Of a stretch of 46,129 bases of DNA, positions 25,201-35,161 are shown one piece after another (position 1 is the stretch's first letter; every line of letters starts with the position of its first letter). The DNA is taken from positions 1-46,129 of the forward strand of contig NW_021834606.1 in assembly GCF_006345805.1 (NCBI RefSeq), in the 5' to 3' direction. Origin of the DNA: Octopus sinensis (Eukaryota). Below the pieces are notes generated by a model. It was given only the letters and a program-made list of their open reading frames with translations. It searched no databases and was not told where the DNA came from. The translations under genes were made by a program, and so were the position numbers.

Positions 25201-28200
25201 CTTTCATCGAAGTTCAAACGAATGCATTTCTTGTGCACATCCTCACATTTGTTTTTTTAATTTTATTATTCATTTATTTGAATTGTTTGTTTGTTTATTT
25301 GAACTGACTACACACACACACACACACACATATATATTTCTTTACTACCCACAAGGGGCTAAACACAGAGGGGACGAACAAGGACAGACAAACGGATTAA
25401 GTCAATTAGATCGATCCCAGTGCATAACTGGTACTTAATTTATTGACCCCGAAAGGATGAAAGGCAAAGTCGACCCCGGCAGAATTTGAACTCAGAACAT
25501 AACGGCAGATGACATACCTATTTCTTTACTTCCCACAAGGAGATAGACATAGAGTGGACAAAGAAGGACAGTTAAACGGATTAAGTTGATTATATCGAAC
25601 CCAAGTGCGTAACTGGTACTTACTTTATCGACCCCGAAAGGATGAAAGGCAAAGTCGACCTCGGCAGAATTTGAACTCAGAACATAGCGGCAGATGAAAT
25701 ACCGATTTCTTTACTACCCACAAGGGGCTAAACACAGAGGGGATGAACAAGGACAGACAAACGGATTAAGTCAATTAGATCGATCCCAGTGCATAACTGG
25801 TACTTAATTTATCGACCCCGAAAGGATGAAAGGCAAAGTCGACCTCGGTAGAATTTGAACTCAGAACATAGCGGCAGATGAAATACCTATTTCTTTACTA
25901 CCCACAAGGGGCTTAACACAGAGGGGACAAACAAGGACAGACAAATGGATTAAGTCAATTAGATCGACCCCAGTGCATAACTGGTACTTAATTTATCGAC
26001 CCCGAAAGGATGAAAGGCAAAGTCGACCCCGGCAGAATTTGAACTCAGAACATAACGGCAGATGACATACCTATTTCTTTACTTCCCACAAGGAGATAGA
26101 CATAGAGTGGACAAAGAAGGACAGTTAAACGGATTAAGTTGATTATATCGAACCCAAGTGCGTAACTGGTACTTACTTTATCGACCCCGAAAGGATGAAA
26201 GGCAAAGTCGACCTCGGCAGAATTTGAACTCAGAACATAGCGGCAGATGAAATACCGATTTCTTTACTACCCACAAGGGGCTAAACACAGAGGGGATGAA
26301 CAAGGACAGACAAACGGATTAAGTCAATTAGATCGATCCCAGTGCATAACTGGTACTTAATTTATCGACCCCAAAAGGATGAAAGGCAAAGTCGACCTCG
26401 GCAGAATTTGAACTCAGAACATAGCGGCAGATGAAATACCTATTTCTTTACTACCCACAAGGGGCTTAACACAGAGGGGACAAACAAGGACAGACAAATG
26501 GATTAAGTCAATTAGATCGACCCCAGTGCATAACTGGTACTTAATTTATCGACCCCGAAAGGATGAAAGGCAAAGTCGACCTCGGCGGAATTTGAACTCA
26601 GAACGTAAAGACAGACGAAATACCTATTTCTTTACCAGCCCTACAAGGGGCTAAACACAGAGGGGACAAACAAGGACAGACACACGGATTAAGTCGATTA
26701 CATTGACCCCAGTGCATAACTGGTACTTTATTTAATCGACCCCGAATGGATGAAAGGCAAAGTCGATCTCGGCGGAACTTCAACTCAGAACGTAACGGCA
26801 GACGAAATACGGCTACGCATTTCGCCCAGCATGCTAACGTTTCTGCCAGCTCACCGCCTTCACACACACACACACATATATATATATGTGTGACAGACCA
26901 TGCTGACGAGATTGCAGTTTATCCTTGCGGATATTAACATTCGAAACTGATCGGTACATGGGTAATCATTTTTATTTCGTGTATTTTCATTTGTCTTGCT
27001 TATTTTTAATGCTTTGGTTCGTGCTGGGTTTTTATCTGAGAACACATTCATCATCATCATCATCATCATCATTTAGCGCCCATTTTCCATGCTAGCATGG
27101 GTTGGACGGTTTAACTGGGGTCTGTGAAGCCAGAAGGCTGCACCAGGCTCCAGTCTGATCTGGCAGTGTTTCTACGGCTGGATGCCCTTCCTAACGCCAA
27201 CCACTCCGTGAGTGTAGTGGGTGCTTTTTACGAGCCACCTGCACTGGTGCCAGACAGAGCTGGCAAACGGCCACGAACAGATGGTGTTTTTACGTGCCAC
27301 CGGCACGGGGGCCAGGCGAGGCTGGCAACGGACACGAACGGATGGTGCTTTTACGTGCTACTGGCACGGGGGCCAGGCGAGGCTGGCAACGGACACGAGC
27401 GGATGGTGCTTTTACATATATATATATATATATACACATATATACATATATATATATATATTTGCATCTCCATTTACAGCTTGTAGAAAGAAGGTGTTGC
27501 TATGAAATAATTGTCCTGACTAATTTTTATATTCCCAGAAATTCTCTCTAATGATCCAGAACATTCTAGACTTCATAGAATAACCTTTTCTCTGCCAATA
27601 TATTCTACACATAATTCACTAATTGTCAGCGATTTTTGACGACTATATCTAGCATGTTGACTGTCCACTTTTAGTGGTCAGTCCTTTAAATTTTGTATGT
27701 AAAAATATTTTAATCTTTGGATTTTTTTAATATGCTGGGCCACTGGTTTTAATTGATTAATATCAATTTCTACCCTTATTAAATTTTAAATTTATATATA
27801 TACACAGGTAACTCACCTTTAGGAACATCTCCACAGCTTGGGCAACATCGAACTGCCGAGCTGGAATAGAAAAAAAGGTCAAAAACATTAGGGGTTAGAG
27901 GTGGAATGTTAGAATGGTGCAGATGCTGCTTAACCCCAGGTAACTCATGATCCACTTGGGGCTAAAACAGAACAGCAATAACAAAGCTAACCCTCGAATG
28001 GCAGGAAAGGGCTGCATGCATGTGTGGGCAAAACGGGCAAAGAGCAATAAAAATTTCTTTTTTCCATAAGGTGCAGGAGTGGCTGTGTGGTAAGTAGCTT
28101 GCTAACCAACCACATGGATCCGAGTTCAGTCCCACTGCGTGACATCTTGGGCAAGTGTCTTCTGCTATAGCCCCGGGCCGACCAATGCCTTGTGAGTGGA

Positions 28201-31200
28201 TTTGGTAGACGGAAACTGAAAGAAGCCTGTCGTATATATATGCGTGTACGTGTTTGTATGTCTTTGTTTGTCCCCCTAGCATTGCTTGACAACCGATGTT
28301 GGTGTGTTTACGCCCCCGTCACTTAGCGGTTCAGCAAAAGACACCGATAGAATAAGTACTGGGCTTACAAAGAATAAGTCCCGGGGTCGATTTGCTCGAC
28401 TAAAGGCGGTGCTCCAGCATGGCCGCAGTCAAATGACTGAAACAAGTAAAAGAGTAAAGAGTAACCTTTTTTATACCAACCCACACGAAACCATCACCAG
28501 TTCTTTGATACAAATTTGTAGTTTAAAGCAATCCGAGTTTGAATTTTTTAGCACAATTTCATGTTATATGTGTGGTAAGTAGCTTGCTTACCAACCACAT
28601 GGTTCTAGGTTCAGTCCCACTGCGTGACACCTTGGGCAAGTGTCTTCTACTATAGCCTCGGGCCGACCAAAGCCTTGCGAGTGGATTTGGTAGAAAACAA
28701 AACTTTACTCTTTACTCTCTTTACTCTTTTACTCGTTTCAGTCATTTGATCGAGGCCATGCTGGAGCACCGCCTTTAGTCGACCCCAGGACTTATTCTTT
28801 GTAAGCCTAGTACTTATTCTATCGGTTTCTTTTTGCCGAACTGCTAAGTTACGGGGACGTAAACACACCAGCATCAGTTGTCAAGTGATGTTGGGGGGGG
28901 ACACAAACACAGACACACATACATATACACACACACACACACATATACGAAGGGCTTCTTTCAGTTTCCGTCTACCAAATCCACTCACAAGGCTTTGGTC
29001 GGCCCGAGGCTATAGTAGAAGACACTTGCCCAAGGTGCCATGCAGTGGGACTGAACCCGGAACCATGAGGCTAGTAAGCAAGCTACTTACCACACAGCCA
29101 CTCTTACACCTGTGATTAATTGCAACAAATGTGCAAATACTAAATGGCTAATTAAACATCAACTGAGAAAATCAACTATTCTCTAATGGAGGATGATGTT
29201 TGGCATTTGAGGGGGTAATCCTTCCCAGCCCTTCTGCTAACCTGCTTGTACCACCCCAGGGTTTACTGTAGCCAAGACCCTGAAATTGAACACCTTACCT
29301 ATTAGCCATCGCTTCAGGAACACGCTGTCGTTCACCTGTTCCTCTGTCAAGTGATCCCAGATTTCACTTGTGAACTGAAAATATAAAACAGCCATCGTTA
29401 TTGTTAATTATCATCATCGTTATCGTCAACATTATAATAGCTACAATCATCACCATGGCCATCACAATCACCATCATAATCACTATCATAATCATGATCA
29501 TTATTATAGCAATCATCAAAACCATCGTCATCACCATCATCATCAGCAGTAGCACCTCTGCAACCACTTCTTATTTCTTTACTACCCACAAGGGGCTAAA
29601 CACAGAGGGGACAAACAAGGACAGACAAACAGATTAAGTCGATTACATCGAACCCCAGTGCTTAACTCAGAACATAGTCGCAGACGAAATAACTATTTCT
29701 TTACTACCCACAAGGGGCTAAACATAGAGGGAACAAACAAGGACAGACAAACGGATTAAGTCGATTATATCGACCCCAGTGCTTAACTGGTACTTAATTT
29801 ATCGACCCCGAAAGGATGAAAGGCAAAGTCAACCTCGGCGGAATTTGAACTCAGAACGTAGCCACAGATGAAATACCTATTTCTTTACTACCCACAAGGG
29901 GCTAAACATAGAGGGGACAAATAAGGACAGACAAATGGATTAAGTCGATTATATCGAACCCCAGTGCGTAACTGGTACTTAATTTATCAACCCCGAAAGG
30001 ATGAAAGGCAAAGTCGACCTCGGCGGAATCTGAACTCAGAACATAGCCGCAGATGAAATACCTATTTCTTTACTTCACACAAGGGGCTAAACACAGAGGG
30101 GACAAACAAGGACAGACAAAGGGATTAAGTTGATTATATCAACCTCAGTGCGTAACTGGTACTTATTTAATCGACCCCGAAAGGATGAAAGGCAAAGTTG
30201 ACCTTGGTGAAATTTGAACTCAGAACGTAGCGGCAGACAAAATACTGCTAAGCATTTCGCCCGGCGTACTAACATTTCTGTCAGCTCACCGCCTTTTTTT
30301 TTCCTGCGGATCGTTGCGCTCTTCATCAACGGACAAGCCGGGTGATCTCCCATCCTCTGCAATCACTTCTGTCACCATCACCATCAGCCCCGTAACTAGC
30401 CGTTCAAGAATTTGGACCTGGAGATCTCCATTTCCAGCGACTTCGAGGACCACCTCCCAGTGGTGTCGGGCGTCAATGAAGTGCCCTGAACTATACAAGA
30501 CAACCAAATTTTTTTTTATTTCCAAGGTCTGGGGTCTCCCGCCCCTAAGCCCTAGACCATCACCTAATCACCCTTACCCGTCTTGTTGCTTAACAACAAC
30601 AGTACCGTAACTATCATCACCCACAACCACCATCATTATCACCAGCATCATCATTAACATCATTATCAACAGCAGCACCACCACCACTACCAATATCACC
30701 ATCACCACCATCACCCTAATTAATGTATTAATGTCATCATAATCATCATCATCATTGTCTTCGTAATCATTATCCCTATCTCTGACACAACCACCACCAT
30801 AATTATTGTGAAGACCTGTTGAGGCAAGTGAAAATCAAAAATCAAAGAATCAAATCAAAATCGATGAACATCAATAGAATTTGTAGTTTTGTGGTACCAG
30901 TGCCGGTGGCACATAAGAAAGCCATCCGAACATGGCCGTAGCCAGTACCGCATTGACTGGCCTCTGTGCTGGTGGCACGTAACAAACACCATCCGATCGT
31001 GGTCGTGCCAGCCTCATCTGGCCTCCGTGCCGGTGGAACATAAAAAACACCATCCGAGGGTGGCCGTTCGCCAGCCTTGTCTGGCACCTGTGTCGGTGGC
31101 ACATAAAAAACACCATCCGAGCGTGGCCGTTCGCCAGCCTCCTCTGGCCTCCGTGCCGGTGGCAAATAAAAAACACCATCCTAGCGTGGCCGTTCGCCAG

Positions 31201-31541
31201 CCTCGTCTGGCACCTGTGTCGGTGGCACATAAAAAACACCATCCGATCATGGCCGTTCGCCAGCCTCGTCTGGCACCTGTGTCGGTGGCACATAAAAAAC
31301 CCCATCCAAGCGTGGCCGTTCGCCAGCCTCGTCTGGCACCTGTGTCGGTGGCACGTAAAAAGCACCCACTACACTCACGGAGTGGTTGGCGTTAGGAAGG
31401 GCATCCAGCTGTAGAAACACTGCCAGATCAGACTGGAGCCTGGTGCAGCCCCCTAGCTTCCCAGATCCTGGTCGAACCGTCCAACCCGTGCCAGCGCGGA
31501 AAACGGACGTTAAACAATGATGATGATATACATATATATAT

Positions 31542-31584
<43 letters not shown>

Positions 31585-33566
31585 TATACGTACATACATA
31601 CATACATATATATACTATTATATGATTATATATATATATACACACAGAGACACACACACACAAGTATACGCATCATGTCCTAAATGGGACAAATTCCCTT
31701 AGAGTGCTAAGAACTAACAAGCTGAGACACTCCCCTGATGGCAGTTCTTCCTCTGACGATTTCCCTTGCTGTCCTTCCACCCCATGGCTAGCTCCAACTG
31801 ACTACTGCAGTCCATTAACCCTTCTGTTACCATATTTCTATTGAGATGCTCCGTGTTTCTTTCAATTAATTTTAGATATAACAAAGAATTTAGTAAAATA
31901 ACTTAGTTATCATTAAGCTAGTGTTAGGAACATAAATTGTGACTAAGGTTTGGTGGAAGATTTTAATTCAGAACTTATGAAAACAAGACATTTGTATTAC
32001 AGAACCAGAAGTGGTTTCAACCAGGTTGGTATCAAAAGGGTTAAGAATTATTTCTCTATTATATATTTTAACCCTTTCGTTACCATATTTCTGCTGAGAT
32101 GCTCTGTGTTTCTTTCAATTCATTTTAAATATAACAAAGAATTTAGTAAAATAACTTAGTTATCATTAAGCTAGTATTAGGAACATAAATTGTGGCTAAG
32201 GTTTAGGGGAAGATTTTAATCCAAAACTTTTGAAAACAAGACATTTGTACTCAGAGCCAAAAGTGGTTTCAACCAGGTTGGTACTAAAAGGGTTAAGAAT
32301 TGATTCTCCATTATATATTTTAACCCTTTCGTTACCATATTTCTGCTGAGATGCTCTGTGTTTCTTTCAATTCATTTTAAATATAACAAAGAATTTAATA
32401 AAATAACTTAGTTATCATTCAGCTAGTGTTAGGAACATAAATTGTGACTAAGGTTTGGTGGAAGATTTTAATTCAGAACTTATGAAAACAAGACATTTGT
32501 ACTCAGAGCCAAAAGTGGTTTCAACCAGGTTGGTATCAAAAGGGTTAAGAATTGAATCTCTATCATATATTTTAACCCTTTTGTTACCATATTTCTGTTG
32601 AGATGCTCTGTGTTTCTTTCAGTTAATTTTAAATATAACAAAGAATTTGGTAAAATAACTTAGTTATCATTATGATAGTGTTAGGAACATAAATTGTGAC
32701 TAAGGTTTAGGGGAAGATTTTAATCCAAAACTTATGAAAACAAGACATTTGTACTACAGAGCCAGAGCCGGTTTCAGCCAGGTTGGTATCAAAAGGGTTA
32801 AGAATTGATTCTCTATTATATATCTTAACTCTTCTGTTACTGTATTTCTGTTGAGATGCTCTGTGTTTCTTTCAGTTAATTTTAAATATAACAAAGAATT
32901 TAATAAAATAAGTTCGTTATCATTAAGCTAGTGTTAGGAACATAAATTGCGACTAAGGTTTGGAGGAAGATTTTAATTCAGGACTTATGAAAACAAGACA
33001 TTTGTACTCAGAGCCAGAGGTGGTTTCAGCCAGGTTGGTATCAAAAGGGTTAAAAATATCACGGTGACTTTAACCCTTTTGTTACCATATTTCTATTGAG
33101 ATGCTCCGTGTTTCTTTCAATTAATTTTAAATATAACAAAGAATTTAATAAAATAAGTTCATTATCATTCAGCTGGTGTTAGGAACATAAATTGCGACTA
33201 AGGTTTGGTGGAAGATTTTAATTCAAAACTTATGAAAACAAGACATTTGTACTACAGAGCCAGAGCCGGTTTCAACCGAGTTAGTCATGAAAGGGTTAAA
33301 CAAAACAGACGAAGATGGTCAAGGCTGTAATGCCCATCATCTTCCGATTGTCCAGTGACACTACAATACCTACAGCTGGTAGTGGTGGTCCACATCTTAG
33401 CTGCTCAACCTTATTATGTCTGCAACAATGACAACAACAACAATAAAAGCAGTTTTTTCTTAGTTCACTTTACCTTTTCAAGTGCCATTTCTTTCTCTGG
33501 TGTTTTGACATCTCCACCGTAACCCCACCAATCATCACAAGGAATATTTCCAGAATCATTTTCATT
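1854..33566 (-). CDS. SEC14L2-like: SEC14-like (CRAL-TRIO/GOLD) lipid-binding protein gene, multi-exon, 3' end outside window
   Basis: Exons 33566-33474, 29374-29299, 27860-27817, 23149-23087, 19829-19641, 16981-16906, 11243-11163, 9160-9077, 7235-7129 and 1993-1854 all have AG/GT ends and join in frame. Protein ...[26 protein letters not shown]...FLKRWLIARQFDV...[13 protein letters not shown]...[15 protein letters not shown]...[21 protein letters not shown]...[15 protein letters not shown]...[12 protein letters not shown] resembles SEC14L2 as recalled. Confidence 0.93.
2095..2505 (+). mobile_element. tRNA-derived SINE, commonest family (head ggcgcaggagtggctgtgtggtaag, internal (TA)n(TG)n, (aaaagagt)n tail)
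   Basis: A/B-box-like head. Further copies: 7646-8000, 8680-8945, 15775-16210, 16468-16880, 28073-28460, 34700-35100, 39228-39450, 43068-43640, 45083-45190, 46040-end (+); 18935-19540, 22205-22362, 28705-29110, 37790-38235 (-). Confidence 0.9.
2715..2892 (+). mobile_element. 3' end of RTE-type LINE 3'UTR family with (TGA)n tail
   Basis: gcacccactacactc...gttaggaagggcatccag...ccatgctagcatgg...atgatg; same family as 12175-12880. Confidence 0.8.
3010..3170. repeat. Foldback with degenerate HHR on the right arm (3100-3137 +)
   Basis: Arms ctttatttaaagcagcagaaaattcaacaaaacctgtta / taacaggttttgttgaattttctgctgctttaaataaag; cugu CCAACGA acg-gcaa-cgc GAA ACUC-a-GAGU A acag. Confidence 0.65.
4152..4536 (-). 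mobile_element. tRNA-derived SINE with 7-bp TSD AGATAAA (4145-4151 / 4537-4543)
   Basis: TGGCCCAGTGG A-box and GTTTCGATTCC B-box; TSD visible. Confidence 0.88.
4765..5148 (-). mobile_element. Non-autonomous Helitron-like element
   Basis: 3' hairpin cctgagcaacgccggg followed by CTAG|T; same family as 17747-18105 and 43834-45029. Confidence 0.75.
5218..5540. mobile_element. RTE LINE fragment with 5' inversion
   Basis: Minus 5218-5335 encodes RT motif [18 protein letters not shown]; plus 5335-5530 encodes RTE C-terminus [17 protein letters not shown]. Confidence 0.82.
6050..6205. repeat. Near-perfect ~155-bp palindrome; same family forms a foldback at 38435-38655
   Basis: gagggtactattattcataggtacc...gcagtcaaaactactaaaa-tta-ttttagtagttttgactgc...ggtacctatgaataatagtaccctc. 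Confidence 0.9.
6325..6472. repeat. ~145-bp palindrome; a single arm recurs at 27635-27785
   Basis: tacaaaatttaaaggactgaccactaaaagtggacggtcaacatgctagatatag and its reverse complement. Confidence 0.9.
6535..6880. repeat. ~345-bp foldback with a U3-A8-type HHR on each arm (6715-6752 +, 6660-6691 -)
   Basis: agaaau UUGAAAA gc-ugaac-gc AAAA CCGG UC auuucu (G12>A); left arm has GAAACCGGUC but a stem-II deletion. Confidence 0.7.
7129..7235 (-). CDS. SEC14L2-like: SEC14-like exon, 107 nt ([35 protein letters not shown])
   Basis: ttcttttag acceptor, gtacga donor; LP.YLGG motif. Confidence 0.93.
7298..7617 (+). mobile_element. tRNA-derived SINE with CORE-like central domain
   Basis: A/B boxes then ccttgagcaagacactttatttcac; relatives at 13225-13535 and 13540-13807 (-). 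Confidence 0.82.
8049..8572 (+). mobile_element. 5'-truncated RTE LINE 3' end with internal ~158-bp duplication and (TGA)n tail
   Basis: [20 protein letters not shown]...RVQFAGHC...DREVWRSMV*; 8049-8207 repeats 8281-8437. Confidence 0.85.
9077..9160 (-). CDS. SEC14L2-like: SEC14-like exon, 84 nt ([28 protein letters not shown])
   Basis: ccatttcag acceptor, gtaagt donor; CRAL-TRIO gate-helix region. Confidence 0.93.
9408..10812. repeat. 22-bp minisatellite (ttataattatagttagtccac[a/c])n
   Basis: gtccac at 9481 and 9503; about 60 units. Confidence 0.97.
11163..11243 (-). CDS. SEC14L2-like: SEC14-like exon, 81 nt ([26 protein letters not shown])
   Basis: ttttgcag acceptor, gtaagt donor; E.NYPE motif. 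Confidence 0.92.
11705..11790 (+). ncRNA. Type-I HHR, U4C core, long stem II
   Basis: acuuuc CCGAAGA gaaga...uuuuc GAAA CAUGUG UC gaaagu; 6-bp stem I. Confidence 0.7.
11955..12173. repeat. Foldback (~62-bp arms) containing a minus-strand HHR at 11980-12065
   Basis: uuag CUGAAGA uuac...guau GAAA CAAUUG UA cuaa; right arm keeps only the 3' half. Confidence 0.75.
12175..12880 (+). mobile_element. RTE LINE 3' end (ORF end ...[16 protein letters not shown]) plus long 3'UTR with internal tandem repeats
   Basis: Translation and (TGA)n tail; family copies at 23945-24905 and 30805-31530 (+); 5665-5835, 27050-27415, 35400-35900 and 45655-45750 (-). Confidence 0.82.
12895..13195 (-). mobile_element. 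tRNA-derived SINE (ggaggcgcaatggcccagtgg head, ...ggtcggtcacggtga tail)
   Basis: Copies at 34250-34548 (-), 42495-42790 (+), tail only 11400-11520 (-). Confidence 0.85.
13945..15437. repeat. Second array of the same 22-bp minisatellite
   Basis: Same unit and orientation as 9408-10812. Confidence 0.97.
16906..16981 (-). CDS. SEC14L2-like: SEC14-like exon, 76 nt ([25 protein letters not shown])
   Basis: gtgtttcag acceptor, gtaggt donor; IFDM.N.G..HLWKP motif. Confidence 0.92.
17355..17715. repeat. ~360-bp foldback with a type-I HHR on each arm (17464-17507 -, 17576-17619 +)
   Basis: ccac CUGAAGA auguc-aguagca-gacag GAAA CAAUUG UA gugg, and mirror ccac CUGAAGA uuguc-gguagca-gacau GAAA CAUUUG UA gugg. 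Confidence 0.82.
17747..18105 (-). mobile_element. Non-autonomous Helitron-like element
   Basis: cccgagcaacgccggg hairpin plus CTAG|T terminus. Confidence 0.75.
19641..19829 (-). CDS. SEC14L2-like: SEC14-like exon, 189 nt ([32 protein letters not shown]...CKIMSQK)
   Basis: atttcttcag acceptor, gtgaac donor. Confidence 0.93.
20155..20505. repeat. Foldback related to the 17.3-17.7 kb family, with one canonical HHR (20261-20314 -)
   Basis: accac CUGAAGA u gug...cac GAAA CGAUCG UA guggu; palindromic stem III ACGAUCGU. Confidence 0.85.
20519..20919 (+). mobile_element. Retrozyme-like element: 360-nt unit plus 41-bp terminal direct repeat, in (TA)n
   Basis: 20519-20559 identical to 20879-20919; central HHR. 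Confidence 0.8.
20701..20741 (+). ncRNA. Type-I HHR, U3-A8 core variant
   Basis: augcg UUGACAA gagg-caauaa-ccuc GAAA CCGG UC cguau; predicted cleavage after C20736. Confidence 0.85.
21167..21712. mobile_element. Two inverted copies of a GGCGATG-terminated MITE-like repeat with TTAGGG-like tracts, flanking a SINE (21372-21600 -)
   Basis: ggcgatgttacggt...gtacc(g/a)gatacatttcaaaaaagtg at 21167 (+) and ending at 21712 (-). Confidence 0.6.
21745..22140 (+). mobile_element. ~400-bp HHR-bearing element (A6U core HHR at 22011-22046); family also at 41468-42450 (-)
   Basis: cuuu CUGUAGA a gagc-auag-gcuc GAAA CG UA aaag. Confidence 0.72.
22858..23075. repeat. ~61-bp tandem repeat, about 3.5 units, abutting an exon donor
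   Basis: tacaataaaggtgggtgtatataa repeated. Confidence 0.9.
23087..23149 (-). CDS. SEC14L2-like: SEC14-like exon, 63 nt ([21 protein letters not shown])
   Basis: cttttgcag acceptor, gtatat donor; ends in PPE as in SEC14L family. Confidence 0.88.
24045..24738 (+). repeat. 68-bp tandem repeat, about 10 units, inside an RTE 3'UTR copy
   Basis: ggcatgtaaaaaaataccatttcaagcgtggccgtacccagtaccaccagactggcccctgtacccgt; ORF starts spaced exactly 68 bp. Confidence 0.95.
25161..25193 (+). ncRNA. Degenerate minimal HHR (U4C, CpG-decayed)
   Basis: uuu CCGACAA a gagc-uau-gcuu GAAA CG UC aaa. Confidence 0.5.
25336..26860 (-). repeat. Tandem array of 8 SINE bodies (~184 bp) with one tRNA-like head
   Basis: Unit starts 25336, 25520, 25705, 25889, 26073, 26258, 26442, 26626; contains ttgcctttcatcctttcggggtcgat domain. 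Confidence 0.93.
27817..27860 (-). CDS. SEC14L2-like: SEC14-like exon, 44 nt ([15 protein letters not shown])
   Basis: ttctattccag acceptor, gtgagt donor; CRAL-TRIO N-terminal AR.FD motif. Confidence 0.9.
29299..29374 (-). CDS. SEC14L2-like: SEC14-like exon, 76 nt ([25 protein letters not shown])
   Basis: atattttcag acceptor, gtaagg donor; D..L.RWL motif. Confidence 0.9.
29571..30292 (-). repeat. Second tandem array (4 units) of the same SINE body
   Basis: Same unit; head at the right end. Confidence 0.9.
31815..33299. mobile_element. Array of six piggyBac-type MITEs (period ~252 bp), inverted relative to 78-558
   Basis: Copies 31819-32040, 32072-32292, 32324-32544, 32576-32797, 32829-33049, 33074-33295, each TTAA-flanked. 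Confidence 0.85.
33474..33566 (-). CDS. SEC14L2-like: SEC14-like exon, 93 nt ([31 protein letters not shown])
   Basis: ccctttcag acceptor, gtaaag donor; phase 0-0; C-terminal half resembles SEC14L2 first exon. Confidence 0.85.
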
Positions 33567-33629
33567 CTGAAAGGGTAGAGAGCAGAAGGCAGATTAATAC
33601 AGATACAGAGAGGGATATGCAGAATATAT

Positions 33630-33736
33630 ATATGTGGATAGATGGATAGATGGATGGATGGATGGATGGATGGATAGATAGATGGATAGATGGATAGATG
33701 GATAGATAAATAGATAGATGGATAGATGGATAGATG

Positions 33737-33782
<46 letters not shown>

Positions 33783-34100
33783 TAGATAGGTAGATAGATA
33801 GATAGGTAGATAGATAGATAGATAGATAGATAGATGGATAGATAGATAGATAGGCGGATAGATAGATAGATAGATAGATGGATAGATGGATAGATAGATA
33901 GATGGATAGATAGATGATAGATAGATAGATAGATAGATAGGCAGATAGATAGATAGATAGATAGGCAGATAGATAGATAGATAGATAGGCAGATAGATAG
34001 ATAGATAGATAGGCAGATAGATAGATAGATAGATAGATGGATGGATGGATGGATGGATGGATGGATGGACGGACGGACGGACGGACGGACGGACGGACAT
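33630..34100. repeat. Compound tetranucleotide microsatellite (GGAT/GATA/GACA/GGAC)n
   Basis: Directly visible; explains several long spurious ORFs. Confidence 0.97.
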
Positions 34101-34545
34101 AAACAAACATATTTAGATAAAAAAACAAATATGCTGACTGATAAATATATAATAAACATACATATATACACCCATATACATATATGCACCTATATACATA
34201 TATGCACCTATATACATATATACACCTATATATATACACCTATATCACCGTGATCACCGTGACCGACCAGGCTATCAGATGTTGCTCCACATCGCTGGTC
34301 ACAATGCGCTTCGCATTGTTTTAGCCTTTAAATGACACCACCCCGCTGGCTAAGCGAGCAGGCCAACAGAAGAAAGAGTGAGAGAAAGAGTACAGCAGGG
34401 ATCACCACTACCCCACCGCCAGAGTGTCATGGAGCTTTAGGTGTTTTCGCTATATATATACACTCACAACGCCCAGTCTGGGAATTGAAACTGTGATCCT
34501 ACGACCGCGAGTTCGCTGCCCTAACCACTGGGCTATTGCGCCTCC

Positions 34546-34591
<46 letters not shown>

Positions 34592-34643
34592 TCATTTAGC
34601 GTCCGTCCGCTTAAATGATAATGATGATGATGATGATATATAT

Positions 34644-34698
<55 letters not shown>

Positions 34699-35105
34699 TA
34701 GGCGCAGGAGTGGCTGTGTGGTAAGTAGCTTGCTAACCAACCACATGGTTCCGGGTTCAGTCCCAATGCGTGGCATCTTGGGCAAGTGTCTTCTGCTATA
34801 GCCCCGGGCCGACCAATGCCTTGTGAGTGGATTTGGTAGACGGAAACTGAAAGAAGTCTGTCGTATATATGTATATATATGTATGTGTGTGTGTGTTTGT
34901 GTGTCTGTGTTTGTCCCCCTAGCATTGCTTGACAACCGATGCTGGTGTGTTTACGTCCCCGTCACTTAGCGGTTCGGCAAAAGAGACCGATAGAATAAGT
35001 ACTGGGCTTACAAAGAATAAGTCCTGGGATCGATTTGCTCGACTAAAGGCGGTGCTCCAGCATGGCCGCAGTCAACTGACTGAAACAAGTAAAAGAAAGA
35101 AAGAA

Positions 35106-35161
<56 letters not shown>

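Noticed and set aside
33470-34239. Longest ORFs in the track (170-239 aa), plus similar ones at 36907-37421, 38584-39242 and 41428-42022
   Set aside because: They translate microsatellites ([12 protein letters not shown] repeats); no coding signal.
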